Assembly (NCBI GenBank): GCA_963779655.1
Contig: CAVZZD010000011.1
Span: 382-64,381, forward strand
Source: an uncultured Actinomycetota bacterium
GTDB lineage: Bacteria > Actinomycetota > Actinomycetes > Mycobacteriales > Mycobacteriaceae
Length of the DNA stretch: 64,000 nt
Reading direction: 5' to 3'
Under the pieces are notes generated by a model. That model was given only the letters and a program-made list of their open reading frames with translations. It did no database searches and was not told the origin of the DNA. The position numbers and the translations under genes were made by a program. Numbering within the stretch: position 1 is the stretch's first letter; each line of letters starts with the position of its first letter. Of this stretch, positions 41,802 to 52,928 are shown piece by piece.

Positions 41802-44021
41802 ATGTCTGCGCACAGGCAGCGACGATCAGGTTTTACGCATCGCCTGGCAGGGCGTTTCGTGTCCGCGGCGGTGGCGCTATCGACCATTGCGCTGGCGTGT
41901 GCGGTTTCCCATCTGATCGCATTACCGACGAGCAAGATCCGACAGGTTTCCTACGAATTCATCACTACGGCGGCGATCGACACGTCGTCCACTGCGGTTG
42001 GCGTCGCGGACTCCGACCTGTACGCGATGTCGCCTTCCGACGTGGCCGTCACGCTGGACACGTTGCAGGCGTTGGGGGTGAATCAGGTTCGGATTCTTGT
42101 GCCTTGGGCGCTTGTGGAGGCCTACGAGGGGGAATACAACTGGACCGAAGTCGACAAGGTTGTCGACGCGGCCGCCGACCGCGGGATGGCGGTTTTGGCG
42201 ACGGTCACCAGCACGCCGTACTGGGCCGGCGGCAGTCTGCTAGCCGCGAACCGTGCGCCCGATTCGGCGGTGAAGGATTACAGCGACTTCGTCGGCGATC
42301 TCGCGACGCGCTACGGCGCCGACACCAACGGTGGTGAGTCGAAGATCTCGGCCTATGAGGTATGGAACGAGCCCAACGGCGCGATCGGTTGGTTCCCGTC
42401 GCCCGACCCTCGTGGGTATACGAAGTTGCTCAAGGCCGCCTACACCGCGATCAAGGCGGCCGATCCGTCGGCCCTCGTCGTCGGCGGGGTGGTCGGAGCC
42501 GGCTTCAGTGCGGGCGACTTGACCATCAACCCCGTCGACTTCGTCGCGGACATGTACAAAACCGGCGCCGAGGGGTATTTCGACGCTCTGTCGTTCCACC
42601 CGTACCAGAACAAGATGGAGTTCTCCGACGGCGACGACTTCCCGCAGTCGCCATACCTGCAGGCATTGGCGCTCAGGCAGGTGATGGATCTCAACGGAGA
42701 CGCCGACAAGCTGATCTGGACCACCGAGTACGGGTTGCCGACCTCCGTCGTCAGTGAATCGAAGCAGGCGGACTTCATCCGGGACTTCCTCAACACCTGG
42801 TCGTCATTGACCGGTGTGGGGCCGATGTTCTTCTACACCACACGTGATCGTGACACCGGATCGTCGAATTCACAGGACACCTTCGGCCTCTTCGAGACCG
42901 ATTGGGGTCCGAAGAAAGCGGCCGCGGTCGTCAAGGCATGGATTGCAGCGCACCCCGGGACCGAGAATCCGACGGATCCGACCGATCCCACTGATCCGAC
43001 CGATCCGACCGATCCCACTGATCCGACTGTTCCCACCGATCCGACCGATCCCACGTGGCCCAGCTGGCCGACCACGCCCTCCTGGCCCGGTGCCGGGCTG
43101 TCGCCGGCAGCTGTGGCTTTCATGTTTCATGTCGCGTCGACCGTCGTTGCGGTGAACTTGTTCGTCGTGAACGCCGTTCATACGGTGCTCAAGTCGTTGG
43201 CGGCTGCGCTCGACGCGATGGATCCGAAGAGCACCGCCTCGGCAATGCCGTCGATTAAGGCGCTGGCGGCGGCGAGCGAGAGTGCGGAACGCACCTGGGG
43301 GGCGAAAGTCGCAGCGGCCGAAGGCGACATCGCATCCGCCGGTGACACCGATGCCGATGCCGTGGCGCCCCGCACCGGCAAGTCGGTGACTGGAGCCGGG
43401 GACCCGTCGGCCACGGCCAAACGTGGCAACAAGGACGAGGCGGCAGTCGACGAGGCGACCGAACCCGTGGCCGAGACCCCCGAAGCCAGTGAGGACCCAG
43501 CGGCCACCGAAACCGCCGAAGCCACCGAAACCGCGGAAGCCACCGGGACCACGGACGTTGCGGAAACACCTGACCGCACGGAGGTCGCGGCCACCCCGGA
43601 AGCCACGGACGCCCCGGAAGCCACGGAGACCACGAAGGCCACGGAGACCACGGAAACAACGAAGGCCACGGAAGCCCCAGCGATGAAAGCCCACGCGACC
43701 GAAGCGTCGAGCGACCCGGGCGCCGCGTCGGAAAGCGGCGCTAGCCAGTCCGCGACCACCGTGCCGAACGGTGAGGACGCCAAGGCCGTCAGGAGGCCCG
43801 TCAAGAAGGCGGAGGCGAAGAAGGACGACGACAGCATCGCAGCGGCCGGTCCGAATCCGGGGGAGAAGAGCACCAGGCCCGGCGCCAAGCCGGCCGACAA
43901 ACCGGACAACGCCAAACGTGGCAATGCCGTGCGCCGCGACGATTCCAAACGCAAGACCGATCCCGCGGCGGCTCCCAAATCGTCGGCGGTCGGCTCCTCT
44001 GCCGGCGGCGCGGCCACCTGA
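41802..44021 (+). CDS. clan GH-A glycoside hydrolase paralog 3 (intact)
   Basis: YEVWNEPN, FHPY, IWTTEYG; (PTD)n linker; Ala/Thr/Glu/Lys-rich tail. Confidence 0.88.
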   Translation: MSAHRQRRSGFTHRLAGRFVSAAVALSTIALACAVSHLIALPTSKIRQVSYEFITTAAIDTSSTAVGVADSDLYAMSPSDVAVTLDTLQALGVNQVRILVPWALVEAYEGEYNWTEVDKVVDAAADRGMAVLATVTSTPYWAGGSLLAANRAPDSAVKDYSDFVGDLATRYGADTNGGESKISAYEVWNEPNGAIGWFPSPDPRGYTKLLKAAYTAIKAADPSALVVGGVVGAGFSAGDLTINPVDFVADMYKTGAEGYFDALSFHPYQNKMEFSDGDDFPQSPYLQALALRQVMDLNGDADKLIWTTEYGLPTSVVSESKQADFIRDFLNTWSSLTGVGPMFFYTTRDRDTGSSNSQDTFGLFETDWGPKKAAAVVKAWIAAHPGTENPTDPTDPTDPTDPTDPTDPTVPTDPTDPTWPSWPTTPSWPGAGLSPAAVAFMFHVASTVVAVNLFVVNAVHTVLKSLAAALDAMDPKSTASAMPSIKALAAASESAERTWGAKVAAAEGDIASAGDTDADAVAPRTGKSVTGAGDPSATAKRGNKDEAAVDEATEPVAETPEASEDPAATETAEATETAEATGTTDVAETPDRTEVAATPEATDAPEATETTKATETTETTKATEAPAMKAHATEASSDPGAASESGASQSATTVPNGEDAKAVRRPVKKAEAKKDDDSIAAAGPNPGEKSTRPGAKPADKPDNAKRGNAVRRDDSKRKTDPAAAPKSSAVGSSAGGAAT
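42968..43055 (+). repeat. 9-bp tandem repeat encoding (PTD)n; shorter array at ~38275-38320
   Basis: CCGACCGAT/CCCACTGAT units. Confidence 0.85.
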
Positions 44022-44032
44022 GCCGCGGTGGT

Positions 44033-44060
44033 TTGCCACGCGACATCTGTCGGGTAGCTT
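44033..44060 (+). promoter_or_regulatory. SigA-type promoter of rnpB
   Basis: TTGCCA-N16-TAGCTT, 7 nt upstream of helix P1. Confidence 0.65.
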
Positions 44061-44067
44061 GGTGTGC

Positions 44068-44446
<379 letters not shown>

Positions 44447-44466
44447 CCCCGCCGATCCTGACGCCT

Positions 44467-44510
44467 TGCTTTCCCCGGGCGTCAACACCTGATGACGCCC
44501 GGGGAAAGCA
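44467..44510. terminator. 18-bp hairpin between convergent rnpB and VOC gene
   Basis: TGCTTTCCCCGGGCGTCA-N8-TGACGCCCGGGGAAAGCA. Confidence 0.75.
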
Positions 44511-44523
44511 TGCCGCCCCGGCC

Positions 44524-44952
44524 TCAGGTAACCGGCAACTCGGCCAGCTGGGTGAGCCGGATGGAGTTGCCGGACGGATCACGGAAGCCGGCGTCGATAC
44601 CGTAGGGGGCCTCAAACGGCGCCTCGGTGAATTCGACGCCGCGCCCGGTCATCTCCTCGTAGGAGGCCTGGCAGTCATCGGTGGTCAGGAACACGGTGCC
44701 CGCGAAGCCCTTTGCGACGACCTCGAGAACCTGACTTCGCGTGGCGTCGTCCATCACCGGTGCGCCGGGTACGGCCATCAGGACGATCGAGACGTCGTCC
44801 TGGCCGGGCGGGCCGACCGTCAGCCACCGGAACCCTTCCATCCCGGGAAACGAAACATCTTGGCGCACTTCCATTCCGACCTTCTCGGTCCAGAACGTGC
44901 AGGCGGCATCTTGGTCGTGGACCCACAACTGGGCACTGGCGATTTTCAACAT
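44524..44952 (-). CDS. VOC family protein
   Basis: QLWVHDQDAA, FRWLTV, YGIDAGFRDPSGN. Confidence 0.9.
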   Translation of the reverse strand: MLKIASAQLWVHDQDAACTFWTEKVGMEVRQDVSFPGMEGFRWLTVGPPGQDDVSIVLMAVPGAPVMDDATRSQVLEVVAKGFAGTVFLTTDDCQASYEEMTGRGVEFTEAPFEAPYGIDAGFRDPSGNSIRLTQLAELPVT

Positions 44953-44991
44953 GGACCGAACTTACGGCGCGGCACCGGCGCCCGTCTTCTC

Positions 44992-45387
44992 CTACTGTGC
45001 TGTCTTACGGGTGTGTAGGCGCACGATGCAGTTGGGTACCCGTGCATACGTCGCTGCGGGTGGCATCGCGGCCCGGTAGGCGGCCGGGGGCTTGCCGTAG
45101 ACGCGGGCGAATGTCGTGGTGAAGGAGCCGACGCTGCTGAACCCGACCATCGCGCAGACGTCGGCGACAGACCGGTCGGTGTAGCGCAGCAGGGCGGCGG
45201 CCCGTTCCAGTCGCCGGGTCTGCAGATACCCGCTGGGCGACTCACCGAAGGTGCGGGTGAACATCCGGCTGAAGTGGGCCCGGGACAGACCGGCGGCCGC
45301 GGCCAGATCGTCGACCGTGATCGGCTCGGCGTAGCGCGCGTCAGCGAAATCCTTGGCGCGCATGAGATAGCGCGCGGGCGGCAGCAT
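44992..45387 (-). CDS. AraC-family regulator (DNA-binding domain only)
   Basis: LAAAAGLSRAHFSR, VGFSSVGSF..F. Confidence 0.9.
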   Translation of the reverse strand: MLPPARYLMRAKDFADARYAEPITVDDLAAAAGLSRAHFSRMFTRTFGESPSGYLQTRRLERAAALLRYTDRSVADVCAMVGFSSVGSFTTTFARVYGKPPAAYRAAMPPAATYARVPNCIVRLHTRKTAQ

Positions 45388-45428
45388 GCCACCAGTATGG
45401 CTCGCGGAGCGGTCTGCGCGACACCTCA

Positions 45429-46919
45429 TCAGTGGGCCTTGTGCACCGCCTTGGCGAGATTCTTGAGCGCCGCGTCCAACTGCTCGCGCGATGAGTGCGC
45501 CAGGTCATCCTCCTGCTGATACAGCACGCCGTAGGTGAACGTGTCCTCGCCGGCAGCGTGTGCGGTCTCGGCCTGCTTGCCCAGGTGCGTGCGGCTGACG
45601 ACGCTGTCCTGATGGTCGCCCAGCAGCGACTGGATGGTCTTGGCGGCGTCGGACACCCCGCTCTCTCCGGTGGCAGCCGCGGTGTAGCGCAACCGCTTGG
45701 CGCCCTTGCGGATTCGGTGCAGCGCCTCGTCGCGGTCCTCGGCCCCCTCCTCGGCGGCCGACCTGGCCACCTTGGCCGCTTTGCGCACCCGCTTGTAGGC
45801 GGCGTCGATGGTGACCGGCGCGGGCTCTTCGCCCGGTGCGGCGGGCGCGGGCTCGGCGGTCACCAGGGCTTCGAGCTCGTCGAGCAGGCGGAAGTACCGG
45901 GTGGTGCGCATCGCGACCAGTGAGCGCCGCAACCCGGTGTCGTATCGGCGCCGGGCGCCGTCGACCAGGCGTTCGCGCACCGGGCCGCGCACCAGTTCGG
46001 CGGGGAGTTCGTCGAGCGCCTTCTCGTACTTTCCCGCGAGCACCTCGGCGTCGCGGGCCACCCCGAGAATCGCGGCGAGTTGCCGCAGCTCATCGAGCAC
46101 CCAGGCGTCGTCGGTGAGGGTGAAAGACTCCTCGGATTCTTTGAGCAGGCTGCGCAGCTTGCGGGTGGTGACCCGCATCTGGTGCACCGAGTCATAGCTG
46201 TCGGCGCGCACGGCGCGGTCCCAGCTGACCAGTTCGGCGACCTGCTCGGCCACGGCCCGGTGAATCGGATCGGCCGGGACGGCGGCGGGTGCGTCGTCGG
46301 CGGCCGGCCGCACGGCAGCCAGCACCCGCGCCAGTTTCGAGCCGTGGCCGGCGGGTGCGGCACCGGCGTCCAGCAGCCGATTGCCCAGCCTGGTCAGCAG
46401 GTCCACGTCGTCGCAGTTCTCGGCGAGTTCGAGTTCCCATTCCCGCCACTGCTGCTCGTCGTCGGGACCCGCCGAGGCGGTGACCTGGTCGTCGCAGAAC
46501 TCGGCCAGCGCCGTGCCGTCGGTGCCGAAGAGCATCTGGACGTTGCGGATGGTCGAGATGCGTGCCACCGGGACCAACGGCCGGTCGCGCACGATCGCCA
46601 GGACGACGTCGCGCAGTTCGTCGGGCACCGCATCGGAATCGGTGAGCGGGGTGCGGACCTCGGTGCGCGCGTCGGTGCCGGCGGGCAGTTTCAGGTGCCA
46701 GCCCTCGTCCGGCCCGCCGGTGCGCCGCCGCAAGGTGATCCGGTTGCGCGCGAGGTCGTGGCCAGGGCTGTCGAAGTACACGGCGTCGAGCGTCTGGGTG
46801 GGCAGGCGATCGACGCGCGCGACGGCGGACAGCCCGTCGAACGAGGGGGACACGGTTGCCTCAACGACGTCGAATTTGCGCTCGATCTCTTTGTGCCGAC
46901 TCGTTTTCGCAGACATCAT
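45429..46919 (-). CDS. CYTH + CHAD domain protein (Rv2226 ortholog)
   Basis: EIERKF, LRRRTGG..GWHLK, WREWELE, HQMRV..RKLRS, LHRIR..KRLRY. Confidence 0.9.
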   Translation of the reverse strand: MMSAKTSRHKEIERKFDVVEATVSPSFDGLSAVARVDRLPTQTLDAVYFDSPGHDLARNRITLRRRTGGPDEGWHLKLPAGTDARTEVRTPLTDSDAVPDELRDVVLAIVRDRPLVPVARISTIRNVQMLFGTDGTALAEFCDDQVTASAGPDDEQQWREWELELAENCDDVDLLTRLGNRLLDAGAAPAGHGSKLARVLAAVRPAADDAPAAVPADPIHRAVAEQVAELVSWDRAVRADSYDSVHQMRVTTRKLRSLLKESEESFTLTDDAWVLDELRQLAAILGVARDAEVLAGKYEKALDELPAELVRGPVRERLVDGARRRYDTGLRRSLVAMRTTRYFRLLDELEALVTAEPAPAAPGEEPAPVTIDAAYKRVRKAAKVARSAAEEGAEDRDEALHRIRKGAKRLRYTAAATGESGVSDAAKTIQSLLGDHQDSVVSRTHLGKQAETAHAAGEDTFTYGVLYQQEDDLAHSSREQLDAALKNLAKAVHKAH

Positions 46920-47001
46920 CGCCTTCGGTGTGAATTGGGTCCCGGTCCCAGTTGGTGAACAGGGTGCCATATCCAGGTGAACAGGCGGCTGTGCGCGTCG
47001 T

Positions 47002-49020
47002 TTAGCTCGCGATCTGTCCCGTGAACTCCCCGGCGCGGTCCCACGCTGCCCGTTCGGCCGCGAACGCAACGCCCTGCCGCTCCCGGAATGCCCCGATCGA
47101 CTCCGCGTGCTCGGCGAGGAAGCCCGAATACTCGCGCATCGAGAACTTGCCGTCGGTGATGTCGACCGCGCCCCGGCCCGCCCCCATGTCGGCGCGCAGC
47201 CCGGCCAGCTCCTCGGCGCTGACCGGGTAGAAGCTGATTCGGTCGAAGTAGCGCAGCAGCCACGGGGTGCCCGGCTCGAAGGACTGCGCGTCGTGCGGGT
47301 GGCAGTGGTTCCACACCTGCGTGGTCCGACCGACGAACTGGTATCCGCCGGGACCCTCCATGCCGTAGATGCACATGTACGCCCCGCCGATGCCGACGGC
47401 GTTCTCGGGTGTCCAGGTCCGGGCGGGGTTGTACTTCGTGGTCACCAACCGGTGTCGCGGATCCAGGGGAGTCGCCACCGGGGCGCCCAGGTAGACGTCC
47501 CCGAGCCCGAGCACCAGATACTGCGCGCCGAACACCGTGTCGTACACCTGCGACACGTCGTCCAGGCCGTTGATCCGCCGGATGAACTCGATGTTGTCCG
47601 GGCACCACGGCGCATCCGATCGCACACCGTGCATGTAGCGCTGGATGGCCTCGTGCGTGGACGGGTCGTCCCAGGACAGCGGCAGCCGCACCGAGCGGCT
47701 CGGCACCACCAGTTCGTCGGTGGCCGGCAGGTCGGCGTCGAGGCGACCGATCAGATCGGTCACCGCACGCATCGACAGCACACCCGGATCGAACTGCACC
47801 TGCAGCGACCGCACGCCGGGGGTCAGCTCGCCCAGGCCAGGCACCGCCATCCCGCGCAGCGTCTCGTCGAGCGCGTGTACGCGGGCCCGCATCGCGAGAT
47901 CCAGTGCCATTGGCCCGTATTCGACGAGGACACCGCCGTCGCCGCACCGCCGCAGCGTGACGTCGGTGCCGCCACCGGTGGTGAACCGGCTCAGCACACC
48001 GTCGTCGCCGTCACCGGCGCTCGACAGCACCAACGGGAACGACGCCCGGCGGTCGATATCGATGGTGCGCAGCGACGGCGCGCGGTCGGCGCGCACCGGG
48101 ACGAACCGTACGGTGTCCCCGGGCGCCATCTGGCCGAGCTTCCAGCGGTCGCCGCCCACCACCGTCACCGGACAGACAAACCCGCCCAGGCTGGGCCCGT
48201 CGGGGCCGAGCAGGATCGGAGTGTCACCCGTGAAGTCCAGTGCGCCAACGCAGTACGCGTTGTCATGGATGTTCGACGGATGCAGGCCGGCCTCGCCGCC
48301 GTCGGTGCGGGCCCACTGCGGCTTCGGCCCCTCGAGGCGCACCCCGGTGCGGTCGGAGTTGAAGTGCACCGTGTAGTCGGTGCCGACGATGGTGTCGAAG
48401 TCCGTGCGGGTGAAGAACTCGGGCGCCCCGTGCGGTCCCTCGGTCACCGCGACCTCCCAGCGATGCCCGATGCTGGGCTGCTCTTCGATCGCGGCCCGGG
48501 CGTCGCGGTCCGGGCGGGACTCGTGCGGTCCCGGGTCGACGCCGGCGGTCAGCGCGTCGCCGGCGCGAAGCGTCCGCCCGTCGTGGCCGCCGAACGCGGC
48601 CAGCGTGAAAGTGGCTGTGCTGCCGAGGTACTCGGGTTCACATAGCCCGCCGGCCACCAGCAGGTAGCAGCGCATCCCGGGCCCGGTCAGCGTCCCGACC
48701 TCGAGCACACCCCCGGCGGGGACGGTCACCGACTGCCACTGCGGAACGGGGGCGCCGTCGACGGTCACGCTCACCGGTGCGCCGGTGACGCACACCCGGC
48801 CGCCGACGGGGAAACGCAGCGCGGGCCCGCCGCGGGTGCACTCCAGTCCCGCCGCACCTTCGGGGTTTCCGAGTACCCGGTTGCCGATGCGGAACGACAG
48901 GTCGTCCATGGGGCCCGACGGCGGGACGCCGATGTGCCAGTAGCCGACGCGGCCGGGCCAGTCCTGAACCGTCGTCAGCATGCCCGGGGCGACGACCTCG
49001 ATGGAAGCGGGGGTGGTCAT
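47002..49020 (-). CDS. urea/guanidine carboxylase carboxyltransferase domains only (AHS2+AHS1)
   Basis: [59 protein letters not shown]; no biotin carboxylase or biotinyl domain. Confidence 0.88.
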   Translation of the reverse strand: MTTPASIEVVAPGMLTTVQDWPGRVGYWHIGVPPSGPMDDLSFRIGNRVLGNPEGAAGLECTRGGPALRFPVGGRVCVTGAPVSVTVDGAPVPQWQSVTVPAGGVLEVGTLTGPGMRCYLLVAGGLCEPEYLGSTATFTLAAFGGHDGRTLRAGDALTAGVDPGPHESRPDRDARAAIEEQPSIGHRWEVAVTEGPHGAPEFFTRTDFDTIVGTDYTVHFNSDRTGVRLEGPKPQWARTDGGEAGLHPSNIHDNAYCVGALDFTGDTPILLGPDGPSLGGFVCPVTVVGGDRWKLGQMAPGDTVRFVPVRADRAPSLRTIDIDRRASFPLVLSSAGDGDDGVLSRFTTGGGTDVTLRRCGDGGVLVEYGPMALDLAMRARVHALDETLRGMAVPGLGELTPGVRSLQVQFDPGVLSMRAVTDLIGRLDADLPATDELVVPSRSVRLPLSWDDPSTHEAIQRYMHGVRSDAPWCPDNIEFIRRINGLDDVSQVYDTVFGAQYLVLGLGDVYLGAPVATPLDPRHRLVTTKYNPARTWTPENAVGIGGAYMCIYGMEGPGGYQFVGRTTQVWNHCHPHDAQSFEPGTPWLLRYFDRISFYPVSAEELAGLRADMGAGRGAVDITDGKFSMREYSGFLAEHAESIGAFRERQGVAFAAERAAWDRAGEFTGQIAS

Positions 49021-49652
49021 GACTGCGAGATCACCATTCGGACGGCCGTTGGGTCGAACCCGTTGCAGGGGTTGTTGATCTGCGGGCAGTTGGACACCAG
49101 CACCAGCGTGTCGGTGTCGGCGCGCAGCGTCAGCGACTTGCCGGGCGCCGACAGGCCGTCGACGATCCCCAGCGTGCCGTCGGCTTCCACCGGCACGTTC
49201 ATGAAGAAGTTGACGTTGGAGACGATGTCGCGCTTGCCCATTCCCCACCGGGCGGCCTCGGCCAGGAAGTTCTCCGCACACGCGTGCTGGTGCACGGTGT
49301 GATGCCCGTAGCGCAGCGTGTTCGATTCTTTCGAGCATGCGCCGGCGATGGTGTCGTGGTTGCCGACCTCGTCGGCGACGATTGTCACCAACGGGGTGCC
49401 GTCGGCGGCGCGCAGCACCGATCCGGTGGTCAGGAAGATGTTGCCCTGTGCGGCGACGGTGGCCTGGGCGCTGTAGCGCAGTGCGGGATCGGGGGTCTGA
49501 CCACGGACGCCATAAAACAGAGTGTCGACGGCCTGGTTGCCGTGCAGGTCGATGATCTGCAACTGCTGGCCGGCCTGCAGGATGGCCGACCACGGTGCGC
49601 ACGCCGCGACGATCTCGTCGGCGACGATCTGGGTGTCGGTGGTGAGTGTCAT
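49017..49652 (-). CDS. urea-carboxylase-associated protein 2 (DUF1989, CgdB-like)
   Basis: [34 protein letters not shown]. Confidence 0.9.
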   Translation of the reverse strand: MTLTTDTQIVADEIVAACAPWSAILQAGQQLQIIDLHGNQAVDTLFYGVRGQTPDPALRYSAQATVAAQGNIFLTTGSVLRAADGTPLVTIVADEVGNHDTIAGACSKESNTLRYGHHTVHQHACAENFLAEAARWGMGKRDIVSNVNFFMNVPVEADGTLGIVDGLSAPGKSLTLRADTDTLVLVSNCPQINNPCNGFDPTAVRMVISQS

Positions 49653-49660
49653 GTGTTGTC

Positions 49661-50437
49661 CTAGTTGTCTTGAAGGGCGACGTTGTTCTGAAAGGCGGCG
49701 TCGTTCTGACTTGCGGCCCAGGTGCTTTCGGTGTTGAACAGCGCCCGCAGGTACTCGGGCTCATCATTGATGGGCGTGGCCAGTTGCTCGTCGGCGCGCC
49801 ACGCGAGGACGTCGAGTGCGGTCAGCGTCGGTGCCGGATCCAGCGGGTGGGCGGTGTTGGTCAGCGCCACCACGACGGGCAGGTGGATCAGGATCTCCAC
49901 GGCCGCGCCCGGTCCGGCCGTCCCGGTGAACTCCAACGCACCCGTTTCGGCGACCCGCACACCCTTGAACAACGCCACCGACGGGGCGACGTCGCGCACG
50001 TCGAGGCCGTGCTTGAGTGCGCCCAGCAGCATCGCCTGCTGCCCGGCCGGCGTCATGCCGCACAGCGTGTCGTGCCGACCCGACGAGTCGACGACGATGG
50101 TCGCCAGCACCCGACCCTGATCCGAGATCAAGGGATGACCCGCGCCGAGGTAGGCCTGCCACGGCACCTTCATGGTGTCGGCGACGTTGAGGCGCTCCCA
50201 CGGGGCGTCGGCGCGGAACAGCAGGAGGTGGGCGCACGCGCCGCCGTCGGGGTCGGCCAGGCGCATCCGGGTGCCGCGCCCGAGCACGCGGGTGGTGTAC
50301 GAGCCGGCGGGGACCGACTCGGCCCAGACCAGGGCGCGAGGGTCGACGCCGGCCGGTGCGGCCGGGGTGCCCATGTCGGCGTCGGCGGCCTGGGCCCGGG
50401 CGTGTGCCCGGGAGCCGTCTGTCGAGGCGGTGCTCAT
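49661..50437 (-). CDS. urea-carboxylase-associated protein 1 (DUF1989, CgdA-like)
   Basis: [28 protein letters not shown]. Confidence 0.9.
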   Translation of the reverse strand: MSTASTDGSRAHARAQAADADMGTPAAPAGVDPRALVWAESVPAGSYTTRVLGRGTRMRLADPDGGACAHLLLFRADAPWERLNVADTMKVPWQAYLGAGHPLISDQGRVLATIVVDSSGRHDTLCGMTPAGQQAMLLGALKHGLDVRDVAPSVALFKGVRVAETGALEFTGTAGPGAAVEILIHLPVVVALTNTAHPLDPAPTLTALDVLAWRADEQLATPINDEPEYLRALFNTESTWAASQNDAAFQNNVALQDN

Positions 50438-50480
50438 CTGTTCTCCCTTTAACTGTCGACTGAAAGTTTTCCCGACCCCG

Positions 50481-50518
50481 GTTCCGGCCGGGTATCCCGT
50501 CTGTTAAGTCCTCGTTTA
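50481..50518 (-). promoter_or_regulatory. GlnR-type box (four AC half-sites, 11-bp period)
   Basis: Minus strand TAAAC-N6-TTAAC-N6-GATAC-N6-GGAAC upstream of the DUF1989 operon. Confidence 0.65.
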
Positions 50519-50536
50519 GAAGCGTCCGTCAGTATT

Positions 50537-50552
50537 TCTATCAAACGATAGA
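50537..50552. promoter_or_regulatory. palindrome, candidate TetR operator
   Basis: TCTATC-AAAC-GATAGA in the divergent intergenic region. Confidence 0.55.
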
Positions 50553-50612
50553 TATTCGTGCGCGCCGAATGTGGTGACGTTCGCCACCAGGGGCGGGTGC
50601 GACAATGTCGCG

Positions 50613-51284
50613 ATGTCCAGTGAGAGCCGGGGACGCCCACGCCTCGAGCAATCGCGGCGGCCGGGCAAGACCGCCCGCGAGGAGATCCTCGATGCGGCGG
50701 CGGAGCTGTTCACCACGCTGGGCTACGCCAGTACGTCGACCCGGCGCATCGCCGACGCCGTCGGAATCCGGCAGGCGTCGCTGTATCACCACTTCGCCAC
50801 CAAGGACGACATCCTCGACGCCCTGCTGGCCGGGACGGTCGACGCGCCGCTGCGCGTGGCCGAGGAGTTGTTGACCGACAGCGGCCCGGCCGCCGCGCGC
50901 CTGCACCTGCTGGTGGCCACCGACGTCGACCAGTTGTGCGCCAGCCGCTGGAACCTCGGCGCGCTGTACCTGTTGCCGGAACTCCGCGTGCCGCGGTTCG
51001 AGAAGTTCCACCTGGTCCGCGCGGAGTTGCGCACGCACTACCGCACGCTGTCGCAGCAGGTCATCGCCGAATGCGACGGCCACGTCGATGCGGTTGATCT
51101 CCCGTTCCGCCTGGTCGAGTCCGTCATCAACCGACGCTCCGACGACGGCGCCTGCGGGCCGGATCAGCGATGGGTGATCGCCGACGGGGCATTGCGCACC
51201 CTCGGGTGGCGCGGCGACGTCGCCGATCTCCGGCGGGGGAGCGCTGACCGGCTCGACCAGCCACCGGTTAATGTCACCGCGTGA
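50613..51284 (+). CDS. TetR-family regulator
   Basis: ILDAAAELF..GY..TSTRRIADAVGIRQASLYHHF.TK. Confidence 0.92.
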   Translation: MSSESRGRPRLEQSRRPGKTAREEILDAAAELFTTLGYASTSTRRIADAVGIRQASLYHHFATKDDILDALLAGTVDAPLRVAEELLTDSGPAAARLHLLVATDVDQLCASRWNLGALYLLPELRVPRFEKFHLVRAELRTHYRTLSQQVIAECDGHVDAVDLPFRLVESVINRRSDDGACGPDQRWVIADGALRTLGWRGDVADLRRGSADRLDQPPVNVTA

Positions 51285-52072
51285 CCTATGAGACCCTGCT
51301 GTTCGAGCAGTCCGGACCCATCACCCGTATCACCCTGAACCGGCCCGACGCCGCCAACGGGATGAACGAAGCGATGACGGCCGAACTCGCCGACGCGGCC
51401 GCCCGCTGCGACGTCAGGCCCCGGCCCCAAAAGTCGTGGTGATCACCGGCGCCGGCCGGTTCTTCTGTGCGGGTGGCGATCTCAAGGCGATGGCGAATTC
51501 ACCGCTGGGGCCGGGGCCGTTCGTCAAGGGCATCGCCGACGACCTGCACCGGGCCATCTCGACATTCGCGCGGATGGACGCCGTGCTGATCACCGCGGTC
51601 AACGGAGTGGCGGCCGGGGCGGGCTTCTCGCTGGCGGTCAGCGGTGACCTGGTGCTCGCCGCGTCGTCGGCGTCGTTCACGATGGCCTACACCCGCGCCG
51701 GACTGAGCCCCGACGGCAGCGCGTCCTACTACCTGCCGCGACTGGTCGGTGTGCGTCGCGACCAATGATCTGATGCTGACCAACCGCAAGCTGTCAGCGC
51801 GGCCGAGGCGCCGAGCAGTGGGGGCTGGTGAACTACGTCGTCGACGACGCCGAGCTGGGCGCCGCGGGGACGCGCTGGCCGGCGAGATCGCTTCGCGGCG
51901 CAGGCGGATCCAACGCCGCGGTGAAGAAGCTGCTGCTGGCGACGTTCGACAACGGCCATCGAGGCGCAGATGGACCTCGAGGGCCGGTTGATCGCCGCAG
52001 AACGCCGACTGCGCCGACGGCCGCGAGGGCATCGACGCGTTCCTGGACAAACGGGCGCCCAACTTCGCTTAG
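51281..52072 (+). CDS. enoyl-CoA hydratase/isomerase (frameshifts)
   Basis: [29 protein letters not shown]. Confidence 0.85.
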
Positions 52073-52928
52073 AAGGAGTGCTCCTCGGCGGGGAACGCGC
52101 CGGTAGCCACCTCGCTGGCGTATTGCGCTGCGGCGCGGCCCAATTCGCCGCCCACATCGCCGAACCGCTTGACGAACTTGGCGGTCTTGCCCGATGGTCA
52201 TACCGGCCATGTCCTGCCAGACCAGCACCTGGGCATCGCAGTTGGGTCCCGGCGCCGATACCGACGGTGGGGATGGTCAGCTTGCCGGTGATCTGGGTGG
52301 CCAGCTCGGCGGGCACCATCTCCATCACCACGGCCACCGCGCCGGCTTCGGCGACGGCGATCGCGTCGTGGACGGTCTGCTCGGCGGCGTCACCGCGGCC
52401 CTGCACCCGGAAACCGCCGAGGCCGTTGACGCTCTGCGGGGTGAAGCCGATGTGGGCCATCACCGGAATGCCGGCCTGCGTCAGCACGGCGATCTGCTCG
52501 GCGACCCGTTCGCCGCCCTCCAGCTTCACCGCGTGCGCGCCGGCCTCCTTCATGAACCGAGTGGCCGTGGCGAGGGCCTGCGTGCGGGCCGGCCTCGTAG
52601 CTGCCGAACGGCAGGTCGGCCACCACCAGCGCGTGCGGCGCACCGCGCACCACGCCGCGCACCAGCGGGATCAGCTCGTCGATCGAGACCGGCACGGTGG
52701 TGTCGTAGCCGTACACCACGTTGGCGGCGGAGTCGCCGACCAGCAGTACCGGGATCCCGGCGTCGTCGAACACCCGCGCGGTGGAGTAGTCGTAGGCGGT
52801 GAGCATGGACCACTTGTGGCCCTCGGCTCTTCCACTGCTGCAGGTGGTGGGTGCGCACCTTGGTGCGCGGTTTGGCCGAATCGGTGGCAGCGCCGTAGAC
52901 ATGAGCTCAGCTTCGCTGAAGACATCAT
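52069..52928 (-). CDS. panB: 3-methyl-2-oxobutanoate hydroxymethyltransferase (frameshifts)
   Basis: MLTAYD, LVGDS, ADLPF, VKLEGG, HIGFTPQ, GIGAG. Confidence 0.92.

Noticed and set aside
42968-43055. Short repeats here and in the YVTN gene as a CRISPR array
   Set aside because: In-frame coding repeats without unique spacers; no cas genes
47002-49767. 921-aa ORF as a full-length urea carboxylase
   Set aside because: The first ~250 codons are an alternative frame over the DUF1989 gene; the real start is 49020
50455-50530. Guanidine riboswitch upstream of the DUF1989 operon
   Set aside because: Only a loose ACAGACGGGATA resemblance; conserved cores of classes I-III not seen, and the 11-bp AC periodicity fits a GlnR box better
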